Made by a program: the position numbers and the translations under genes. Positions 11,043 through 21,200 of a stretch of DNA of 24,559 nt are shown piece after piece; position 1 is the first letter of the stretch; every line of letters starts with the position of its first letter. The stretch is taken from NCBI GenBank assembly GCA_024626585.2, contig JANKJI020000004.1, forward strand, positions 4,426,163-4,450,721, written 5' to 3'. The notes under the pieces were generated by a model. That model worked only from the letters and a program-made list of their open reading frames with translations, was not told the origin of the DNA and made no database searches. The stretch comes from Ginkgo biloba (taxonomy: Eukaryota; Plantae; Ginkgophyta).

Positions 11043-11916
11043 TAGTCTTGCCGGATCCACCCATTCCCACAATCCCCACAATCAGGACTTTCTCCGTCAT
11101 CTGCCTCTCGCTGCGAATAAAGTCTTCAAAATCTTGTACAGTGTTGTAGAGGCCAACCGGGTGTTTTGCAACCTCCAGTGGCACCTTCTTCACTTCTTCT
11201 AAAACTGCTTCCACTAAACTGTTCAAGAATGTTTCCAGATCACTGAATATTCACATGAAGAGATGTGAGCATATCAAACATGTTTCATGGGGAGCGAATC
11301 AGAATGAAAGAAAAAAAATAGATATATTGTGGATATGATGGATCGAGTGTTACCTGTTCAAATTGTTGAGGTAGAAGCCATATCGAAAGGAGATGAGGTG
11401 GAGTGCCGCTTTCCACTCAGCAAGTCGATGTGATTCGTACCTGGCCTTCAATTCATGCTGGGTGAAGGCATCAGCGTAGACTCCTCTTCCACTTTCGACC
11501 CAGCGAAGGTCACAAGGTTGAACTCCATAAAACACGGGAATAATCTTGGCCCTGGTTTTCAACATGTAAGAGAGTTCAGCCAAGCACCATGGCGATTGCG
11601 CATATGTTTCCGAGAAAATTGCAATGTGAATCGAAGCAGTGCGCATGGCCTCTTGTATTTTGGTAGGCAAGTCATCTCCATAGTGAAGCTCCTGAGAATC
11701 CAGAAATACTCGCAACCCTCTATGTTGGAGGCTTTGGTAGATGCTGCGGGCAAGGGTATTTTTGACATCGGGACCACGGTGGTTGATGAAAACATGGTAG
11801 AGCTGATAGGAGGCGAATATCGTGTATATTTCAGAAGTTGTGGATGGTGCGATTCCATCGAATGCAATATCGATCTGTTCATCGCCACCGCAAAAGGAGG
11901 AAGAAGATGATTCCAT
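11043..11916 (-). CDS. TIR-NB-ARC (TNL-type) disease-resistance protein, 3'-partial. Exon 1 11916..11354; exon 2 11242..11043 (open at gap)
   Basis: TIR motifs VFINHRGPDVK, LRVFLD, IAIFS..YAQSPWCLAEL, IIPVFYGVQP.DLR and EWK.AL. A phase-2 GT-AG intron at 11353-11243 splices in frame to SDLETFLNSLVEAVLEEVKKVPLEVAKHPVGL...IVGIVGMGGSGKT (P-loop), after which the contig ends. Confidence 0.93.
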
Positions 11917-12123
11917 GGTTTCCTTTGCAAAGTTAACGAGATGAAGAAGGTCAGAAGTTCAAAACGATTGCATATGACGCCGATACGACAACGAAAGCAG
12001 GAAATTTAAAGCTACGATGCAAGGTATCAATAGTGGGATGGGATTGGCATCCAATGATTCGTGAGGACAAACGAACGAAGACAAATGAACCTTCTAGTTT
12101 CGCACGCCGGGTGTATTAAACGA

Positions 12124-12210
12124 AGTCAAGCTACCTCACGTTACACATGGGACCCCAGTCACCCCACCAATGAATGGCCGGTTGCAGGATGGAAAGTTGC
12201 CTCTTTGACT
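12124..12210. promoter_or_regulatory. Two W-boxes (TTGACT) upstream of the TIR-NBS gene
   Basis: AGTCAA at 12124-12129 and TTGACT at 12205-12210, about 210-290 bp upstream of the ATG. These are short motifs and could be chance. Confidence 0.35.
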
Positions 12211-12228
12211 TACAGCGGCTGATTGAAT

Positions 12229-12444
12229 TAGAAATAAAATCACTCTGGTGATTTGGGATGCAAACAAAAAGGNNNNNNNNNNNNNNNNNNNNNNNNNNNN
12301 NNNNNNNNTCATATGGGGTATGGAATTAGCGCCTTTCAGCCCTAATGATAAAATCATCAAATAATCAAAGTGATTTTATTTCTAGTGGCGGTGTGTATGA
12401 TATCACTTTGGTGATTTTATCATTAGCGTCGATAGGCGCTAATG
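12229..12444. repeat. Cluster of nested inverted repeats (possible DNA-transposon/MITE subterminal region)
   Basis: 12229-12254 vs 12359-12384 (23/26 inverted); 12342-12361 vs 12407-12426 (19/20); ATTAGCGCCT 12325-12334 vs AGGCGCTAAT 12434-12443; hairpin 12421-12444; recurrent ATCACTYTGGTGAT core. Confidence 0.7.
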
Positions 12445-12620
12445 TACCCCCTTTCTAACCCCCTCCTCCACACTAATACGACCCCCTCCCCTAACCCCAT
12501 ATCACCCCCTTCCCCTTTTTNNNNNNNNNNNNNNNNNNNNNNNNNNNNNNNNNNNNNNNNNNNNNNNNNNNNNNNNNNNNNNNNNNNNNNNNNNNNNNNN
12601 NNNNNNNNNNNNNNNNNNNN

Positions 12621-14637
12621 AGGCTACTCAGAGAGAGTCACACTCCTTAATGCTTTGACTAAGGGCAATGTCGTCTTTAATTGGGCCAAAAAATAGCAAA
12701 GGGATTTTGAAGAGCTCAAGCATTGAATTTGTAATGCCCCTATATTGGCATTGATAGACATATGAATCACATTTAAGATTAAGGAAGATGTGTCAGGACA
12801 TACCTTGGGAGTAGACTTGATTCAACAAGATAAACCACTTGCTTATCATTCTAAAATATTTTTAATAGAAATGCAAGGATACTCTATATACGACAAGACA
12901 ACGTATGCTCTAGTGCAAGAAATCAAGCATTGGAGACACTACTTAATTTAAAAGGAGACCATAGTGAATTCAAATCATAAACTCTACAATATTTGTAGAC
13001 TCACTCCATGTTGTAGAGTGTAAGGCACATCAAATGGATCACCTAATTATAGTAGTTCAACATCGTCATCTGGTATAAGAAAGGTANNNNNNNNNNNNNN
13101 NNNNNNNNNNNNNNNNNNNNGGCCCAAAATGACCTCTTTGAGTTCTTTCCCCAAAATGGATCATTTGGAATTTGAAGAATTCAAAGATGTGTACTAGGAT
13201 GATAGAGATTTTACAGAGACATACTCTACCATACAATGACCTACATCATTATAAGTGGAATAGATCCAAGATTATCACCTATAAGATGAAGTCTTTTATA
13301 AGTTGATCACAATTTGTCTACCACAAGTAGGGAACCACATTCAACTGATAAGAGAGGCACACAATTCTAAGGTGGTACAAAATTTTAGAGTGAAAAAGAC
13401 CCTACATAATCTGTAGAGGTATTTTTATTTTCTCTAGATGGCTAGAGATATATCAAGGTTCATCAAAGCATATGCCTTATGTTGTATATCCAAGTCAATA
13501 AATCAAAATCTTGGGAAATATAGGCCATTGTATGTACCAACTCGACCATGGTAGTCAATATCAATGTATATCCTAGGTCAAATACCAATGACCTAAAAGA
13601 TTGTTATAATAAGCATGTTTAGTAAAATAGCCATTCTCATAGTTTGCAAGAAGATTGTTATAGGACAACAAGTAGCAATGTCGTTCTTTTAATATGTGTG
13701 GGTGAATTTTGGATTGCCCACATCTATCATTTCATCCTAGGATGACAGATTATTGAGTCATTTTTAGCAAGCTCTTTAAACCTTCACGGACACTAAGTTG
13801 AANNNNNNNNNNNNNNNNNNNNNNNNNNNNNNGACTCAGGTAGTAAATAGAACAATGTCACAAATCTTGTGGATGTACAATTACAAGCATCCTAAGACAT
13901 GGGATATGAGGATCCCCTACAACTAACATAGCTATAATATAGTTATTCACAACTCCACTCAAGTAGCACCTTTTGAAGCATGTTTGTATTTTTTTTCAAA
14001 TGATCCCCAAGCGATTAGTAACACTCTGCTAGAAACACCATTATCAAAGGAACAAGAGGCTAAAAAATAAGAACTAAAATTTGTTGAGTACATCAAGAAA
14101 GTACAACAATATGTGAAAGAGGCTCTTCTAAATATTCAACAGAAATATAAAGTTAGGCATGATCAACATCAAAATAATCATAAATTCTATGTAGGAGATA
14201 GAGTATCGTTGCATTTACCCAAGGAGAGATTCCAAGGGAAGAATCTGAAAATGAAGTTGATACATTATGGTCCATTTGCAATAAAGTGGGTCATAATGGA
14301 TTCAAGTTGGATTTGCCACCCTATATGGAAATTCACCCAGTATTCAATGTGGAAAGCCTAAAGCTCTACAAACCCTCCATGCTAGATGGAGTAGAAGGTG
14401 AAGATGAGATATTGATACCACCTCCAATGAAATTGATTCTAGATAAGTAGAAGCCCCAAAGAGAAAATATAGTCTTACAATATAGAGATAAAGCATCGAG
14501 GCATGGTATCACCAAACTATACAAGGTTGGATAAAAATGATAAATACTAATAATAGAATTGAGGAACAAATCTAGAAGTAATTTTTAAAATTAAGCGAAA
14601 AGATGATGGAGACCACCATCTTCAAATAGGGGAGGTC
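12621..14637 (+). mobile_element. Degenerate Ty3/gypsy pol (RT end, RNase H, integrase) plus PPT; chromovirus/CRM-like
   Basis: FNWAKK*QRDFEELKH*ICNAPILAL, KPLAYHS, YALVQEIKHWRHYL, LIREAHNSKV, LYVPTRPW*SISM, FYVGDRVSLHLPKERF..KMKLIHYGPF (GPY/F motif), purine tract AGGGGAGG at 14628-14635. Confidence 0.92.
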
Positions 14638-15711
14638 TAATTTGAAAAAAATATGAATAAGAACGACTGTCAGGCCACTAAAGGACCAAGTTCAAATAAT
14701 GTGAAGTCACATGCTAGTCAATCATGGATAGATAGTTCACTTCCATCCAAATTATAAGTGAGTTTTACCTACAATTCAAATGTATACGAGAGCCGAAACA
14801 CATCAACAAAAGATTTGAATGATGTTGAGTCACAAGAAGTCACTTGTCGCCAAGGTGAAAATGAAGCAGGAACAAAAGTGAAGGTGAAATTAGAAAAGTG
14901 AAGCTTACATGCTCACTTGCACTGCTCCTATAGAAAATTTTTAGAAGACTACCTACAACAACAATACTCACCTACATGCTGGATTACTAGTGATTGTTCC
15001 TCTAATTACCTGAAGCTCTAATATAGGCAAAGTAGGACAATAACTCACCTACAACCCAATTGTAGGTGGAGCTTGATCATTACTCATCTACACCTTGAAT
15101 GAAGATGAAGTAAGAAGTAACTAGCACTCACTTGTAACTGACAAGTTTAGTCAGTCACCTACACCTTGATTGTAAGTGAAGTCAAAAGATGGTTAGAACT
15201 ATGTGATCCAATCCACTTTCAATAATTATGTTGGAGAGTTTGATCCAAGAAATAAACAACCATTTTTTCAAACCAACTCTATGTAACATTTGGAAGTAAA
15301 AATAATTCTATTCTAGTTCTTGATTCTTAGTAGATAAAAAATTGGAAAATAAGGTGATATTATTGGAATTATTCCATAATAAGAAGAAAATATATCTACT
15401 TGACATTCTCTTTCAAAGAAGATAGAGAATAAGAAGAAAAGAATAAAAGAGATATAAAAAACACTTGAGTGAATACTTGCAATCAATCCAAGCTCACTTG
15501 CGAATGCAACCCCTAAATGTGACATACAATTCCATTGGGTATAATCTATAATTCTCCCTAAGAATCCACTTATGATTACTATAGAAATTATTTGTAATTA
15601 CTCCAAGGTTTATTCTTTTAAATGCAATCTCTTATAACTCTATAAATAGTGGACTTTCATTCCACCCTATGAAATAAAATAGTAGTTACCCCTTTTTACA
15701 TTCTTCTATCA
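14638..15711 (+). mobile_element. LTR of the CRM-like gypsy element (~1.07 kb)
   Basis: Starts after the PPT with TAAT (TGAT in the paralogue at 23921). 14638-15296 is alignable to 23921-24559. TATA-like TATAAAAA at 15453. The right end (ATCA at 15708-15711) is tentative; 15730 and 15780 are alternatives. Confidence 0.65.
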
Positions 15712-16329
15712 TATGATATTATGATTATCATTTTTTCAGGTAAAAATCTATTCTTAATTTCTTACTATGAGCACCCATCAGTGTCAAATCATATGTTACT
15801 ATTAGGGAAGTTATTTCCATTAATAACAAATTGAGTGTAATCTATATGTGAAATGTTTGGAAATGATCCAAGTGATAGGGAGAAGGTGAACAACCTAAGA
15901 ATCTATTGGTTCTTGGAAACCATCAAGAAAAATTGCATAGTAAGATGTTAGGAGGATATAAAATGAGAATGGCCAAAATAACCTATAGAGTAAGATAAGA
16001 GTTAGATAATCAATAAGATTTTAAAATAATCTTAACATATCCTAAATGAATCTTTATGACCATATGATCCAACTATTACAAGTAATACAAATTTTAGCCT
16101 CATCATCTTTTACTTTAGTAGTGATGCCATTAGCACCCAAAAGTANNNNNNNNNNNNNNNNNNNNNNNNNNNNNNNNNNNNNNNNNNNNNNNNNNNNNNN
16201 NNNNNNNNNNNNNNNNNNNNNNNNNNNNNNNNNNNNNNNNNNNNNGTAATGTTTTGAGTAACATAACTTCTAATAGTGGTACATTAATAACTCTGTTGAG
16301 AGCATAATATCTAGTGTAAAAAAATCAAC

Positions 16330-17245
16330 AACACCTTTAGAGTAGAGACAAAGGTGGAAATTCTTACGTATAAAGGTGGGATAGATGCAAAAAAAAATTA
16401 TGATTGGTTTAGGAATATAGAGGCCTACTTCATAGTATAATAGTATTTAGAATCTCATAAAATNNNNNNNNNNNNNNNNNNNNNNNNNNNNNNNNNNNNN
16501 NNNNNNNNNNNNNNNNNNNNNNNNNNNNNNNNNNNNNNNTATGGGATGAATTTACCCAAGTAATTAAGAGAAAGTTCTACCCAATAAGGTATCTATGAGA
16601 ACAAAAAATTTAGTGTAAGTACCTTACTTAGAGGGTAGGATAGAGTGTGGAGGACTACATTAAGGAATTTAATTTGTTCACCATCAGACTCAAGATATAT
16701 AATAAAGAAGATAGATTAGTCTTAAATTTTATAGATGGGTTTCTCACACCTATACAAAAAGAGATAGAGATGNNNNNNNNNNNNNNNNNNNNNNNNNNNN
16801 NNNNNNNNNNNNNNNGGGAAGTGGAGAGATCCATCCAATTATCTGAAGATGTAGAAGAAATAAATTCCTTTAAAATTACCATCAAGAAATTAGCAAAATA
16901 GACATAGAAAGAAAAGTGTTGGAGTGGAACAGTAAAGTACCAAGAACAAATAATGTAAGTTAGGAATACCATACCACAAAGAGTGTTAGTGAAAGGGATG
17001 TTCAACATAGAACTATTGGATATTATACCCAAAAATTAATCCCATGAGTAGACAAGCATAGACCTAGGAGAAATGAAAATAAGTTATAAATATTGAGGCT
17101 ATTGATTAACATATGGCATTGATGGATCAAGACCAAAGAGTAAATCTCTAGAAAGAGCATCTCTTTGTAATCAAATGCAAATGAAGAAGGAATTGGTTTC
17201 AATAGTATTTGACAATAAAATCCATAAAAAGTTGATCTCAGACAC
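16330..17245 (+). mobile_element. Degenerate Ty3/gypsy gag and protease start
   Basis: PL/FRVETKVEILTYKGGIDAKK(fs)YDWFRNIEAYF, WDEFTQVIKRKFYPIRY, SVEDYIKEFNLFTIRL...LVLNFIDGFLTPIQKEIEM, QMKKELVSIVFDNKIHKKLISD. Same gag type as 1-890. Confidence 0.85.
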
Positions 17246-18420
17246 TTGTTGATCCATAATTGGGGTCACTTTTATATATAACATTATTACAAGGATAGAA
17301 TTACATTCAAAATATATCATTTGAAAATAAGGATCATATCAACTTTCAATGCAACAGAGAAGATCACACCACACAATCAAGAAAATTTATATTTTTCTAG
17401 TTTAGAGTTCATCATTAACTTTATATCCTGATAATTTGATCAACGACTTACTAATCACCATATTCAATTTTTATAAGTTGAAATGGTTAAGACATTGCAT
17501 GGAGAGAGTGATTGACTACCCTTGGCTCTCCATTATATCTCATGAGATGGTTCTATTGTAAGGAATCTTAGATCTGAATAAAAAATAATTTTTGATGTAG
17601 TCTTTCTAAAGATAATATGTTGAAAAAAAGGATGGGTTTTGAAGTAGAGTGTGAATGGAAAATAGTTTCTCAAAAATCAAAAAAATATGGAGATAACCCA
17701 TGGATCTGAGTATGTGATTTCAATATTTTAAATGAAGTATTAGGTTTGTAGGAGGGTATCTAAGTTTGGGTGTTTCAAATCCTTCAAGGTACAAAAGAAA
17801 AAAATGGTCATTGAGCCCATGGACCCAAATAAATTATATGATAATATTGATAAACATTTTTATTTTACACCAATCTGATATGCGGGGAATTAAAGTTTGT
17901 TATAAGGACCCAATACACCATGCAAGGGACCCTTTTTACCTAAAGTCTCATGGAACTGAAGGGAAAGAAAATATTAGTATTAATAGAAGTTTAAATATTT
18001 TTATTTGTGATTAAGGATCATGCTCACTTATGGAATTCATTTTCTTGATCATCAAATATCACAAGAAAGGTGAAGGACGACAGGGTCCACATAAGTCAAA
18101 TGAATCCATGTGGTGATATGATACTAATAATTGTCCCATCCTACCACTATATCACATGAATTTATAATTAAAATGGAAAGATGATAATAATAATAGGAAN
18201 NNNNNNNNNNNNNNNNNNNNNNNNNNNNNNNNNNNNNNNNNNNNNNNNNNNNNNNNNNNNNNNNNNNNNNNNNNNNNNNNNNNNNNNNNNNNNNNNNNNA
18301 GATTAATACTGGTGTCTATTTTAAAGAAACTAGTATGTGCATATATGTTGTGCTCACAACATAGGATCCAAATGAGGGACTACAATTGAATATAGAATAA
18401 AAAGAGGAAGATGACAATGC

Positions 18421-19165
18421 CCAAACTATGACTTTTGAGGAGGATAAACTAGAGTTGGGAGATGAAGTAGGGATAATTCTTAAAGAACCTTCTTATAAGG
18501 TTTTACCTTTTCCACATCTACGATATTTACTTTGGTGGTTGGGCTAAGATAGGATGGGATCTTAGGAATCAAGAGGCTTAAATCATATGGAGACTTTGGC
18601 CTAGTTATCAATCAGGTCCAAGATATGTATGCTACCAAAAATGACTGACTTGGGTAGTACAAGGGTCAAGTATGGAATATAATTAAATATTATGATTCCT
18701 TTTTAATCACTATTATTTAGAATTAGACANNNNNNNNNNNNNNNNNNNNNNNNNNNNNNNNNNNNNTTATTTTTTCTCTTCAATGTCTCATGGGATATTT
18801 ATAGCTAATGGTATCACTAAGCCTTTGATTTATAACAAAATTGATCATTTACCTATATTAGAAGATAAGAGAATACTTAGATTACTATGGGAATAAGATG
18901 ATTATAAAATTGATGGTATGGAAGATCAAGAATCCTAGGAAAATCACTTGATAAACCAACTTACAAAGGAATAAAGCATTACTCAATTAAGAATCAATAT
19001 CATGCCAATGATACCAAGAATTATAGAATTATGATTTATTCTTGGTGATTTGATTAGCCTATGTATGAATTTATAAGATATATCTAAGCAAGACATACAA
19101 AAATAATTGTTAGAAAGAATTAATCCTGAAGATAGACCAAAGGTTATCCACAACAATAAAGAGGC
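18421..19165 (+). mobile_element. Tat-like gypsy remnant: additional (archaeal-type/RVT_3) RNase H plus downstream linker
   Basis: QTMTFEEDKLELGDEVGIIL (cf. WxMxFDGxxxxxGxGAGIxL) and TLVVGLR*DGILGIKRLKSYGDFGLVINQVQDMYATKND*L (cf. EALxxGL..LGIxxLxxYGDSxLVINQVxGxY). Then KPLIYNKIDHLPILEDKRILRLL, ITQLRINIMP and ERINPEDRPKVI. Confidence 0.7.
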
Positions 19166-20817
19166 AATGTAGAGTGGCATTCCATTAAAACAAGATAAAA
19201 TACCTAATGGATGAAGTGTGAGTTGTGGTAAGATTAAACATTTTATAAAGTATGTAAATAATTATATATACAATTTTTTTCAAGTTTTGAAATATTTAGC
19301 TATTAGAAGTCAAGAATATACAAAAGCCACATGGAAAAATATTTTATTCATGAATAATTTATTATAATCAAGTATCAAGATGATAAAATATAGAGACCAA
19401 AAGGGCCAAGGCATAGGACATTTCCCTACCTCATTGAATAAAGGTATCCATTTGAAGACCAATTATAGTGTTAAGTATCTCTTACATTTCATATAGTTAT
19501 GGGTAATGGGTTCATCCACTAGTCAAAGTTGTCAAGATCATATGCCTAGTTGTTTGTTCCTCCTTCTCTAGTTGCCCATTGTCACTTGCCTCAACTTTCC
19601 ACAAGTGCCATATGGGATATGGATATGTGTCCTATATTTCTTAGTTTCAATTTGTATGAGGATAGAGGCTTGTTTGAAGATGAATTAAGCTCCATAATTT
19701 TACCTTTGTTACAAAGATTCATCTTCATCAATCATTCTTAAAAAAAGTCCATACATTATGCCAAGATATGCATGTGAAAAAGGGAGCCATTGCATAAAAC
19801 ACGCATCATCCATAAAGTTTTGTCAATGACTAATACATGATCATAAGTTTGATATTGATACTATGCAAGGTAGCGATGAGGAGTAGAACAAGATGTTTTA
19901 TCATCTCACCTCCCTTTTTCTTTCTTTCATACACCTCCCATACCATGCATACCACCTCACAAACAACCTAAGGAACATTCCCTGAGCAATTAATATTTCT
20001 TACTATACCCACAATAGAGGTTTACTTTATTATAAATCTATCCCAAATTTCCCCTCTCATGTTCATGCTTTCCTGCATCTATATATAAAGATATATATAA
20101 GATATTATGTCCTAGAATTATTTTTGCACCGTCGATTATGTTGCATGTGTTATCCTTCCTAATATTTTTCTAATAATACACAGTATGTCCAATACTTTTT
20201 GAAGCATAGTGGAATCAAATTCACATAATTTGACATCACAAAAGGAATATTTTGTTTGAAACAATAGATGACCTAATTCATTCCATACCTAATTAAGGAA
20301 GATCATGGAAAGCAAAGCTAGAGATTCTAGGATTGACATACCCATAAGGAGTACTTTTTCCCAAGTAAAGCCTCCTTGTTGACCCATAATTTTGATGTAT
20401 TTTTCCTTTGCAAGTAATCAAAGAGACATCATGGTCAAAAGATAAATCTATATTAAAGGTAGGAGGAGCATGTTGAGTAGGGACAAAATAAAAGAAAATC
20501 CTAGAGAACATCTTAACTATCAAATCAATTTTGAGATTTTAANNNNNNNNNNNNNNNNNNNNNNNNNNNNNNNNNNNNNNNNNNNNNNNNNNNNNNNNNN
20601 NNNNNNNNNNNNNNNNNNNNNNNNNNNNNNNNNNNNNNNNNNTGCTAAAGAAGAACCCTAGCGCTAGAGTGCTCAAGAGTTGATCTAATATCCATCTTAT
20701 ATCTCCTAAGGCAGTTATAAAAACTATTTGTTTCATATTATTAATTAAGGTTAGATGACATGGAGTTTTGCCATGTAGTAGCTGAGATGAGGTGGCCACT
20801 GAGATGGCATACTAGAG

Positions 20818-20862
20818 GATTGAAGTCGCTTTATTAAGTCATTTAATAAAGCGACTTCAATC
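20818..20862. repeat. Perfect 20-bp inverted repeat with 5-nt loop
   Basis: GATTGAAGTCGCTTTATTAA-gtcat-TTAATAAAGCGACTTCAATC, abutting a 10-N gap. Confidence 0.9.
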
Positions 20863-21102
20863 NNNNNNNNNNTTTGGTAGTTTTACCATCTTTGTCATTT
20901 TGCAAGGTTGCATGATATTATGCAATGTCACTTTGACAAACTTGCATGGTCTTCCACTTCAACCAATATTATTTATCTTACTAGAGTCAATCTCATCTAC
21001 TCATTGAGTTTTACCCTTTCATAGCCTTTCACTATTCTTCACGACTCTTTATAATATTACAACTTTTTATCATTATACACAACATTACATCATTATTGTT
21101 GC

Positions 21103-21200
21103 CCTTTGTACTATCATTACCTTATGCATTGCCATTGCCTTTTTCTCTATCATTACCTTTTGCACTATTGCAGTTTTTTACACTATTACAACATTTTGCA
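21103..21200. repeat. Degenerate 18-bp minisatellite (5-6 units)
   Basis: cctttgtactatcattac / cttatgcattgccattgc / ctttttctctatcattac / cttttgcactattgcagt / tttttacactattacaac / attttgca. Confidence 0.7.

Noticed and set aside
10819-11226. ORF appearing to fuse the NB-ARC P-loop to reverse transcriptase
   Set aside because: The two halves lie on different contigs joined by a 100-N spacer; the shared frame is an artefact.
5830-11916. TIR-NBS with an integrated LTP decoy domain (both genes on the minus strand)
   Set aside because: The LTPG exon 1 has its own ATG and signal peptide and the protein ends in a GPI-like tail (extracellular). Several gaps and retroelements intervene and there is no splice evidence.
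11455-11930. Overlapping ORFs 11455..11910(+) and 11559..11930(-)
   Set aside because: Shadow frames of the GC-richer TIR exon with no recognisable motifs.
12421-12458. Helitron 3' end (hairpin followed ~10 nt later by CTAA)
   Set aside because: Not followed by the expected T of the A/T target, no 5' TC end identified, and the hairpin is part of a larger inverted-repeat set.
14945-15180. CRISPR-like repeat-spacer pattern
   Set aside because: Repeats are short, irregularly spaced, in both orientations and inside a plant LTR; no cas genes.
19550-19830. Possible hAT or plant-mobile-domain transposase remnant on the minus strand
   Set aside because: The resemblance needs several assumed frameshifts; not supportable without a profile search.
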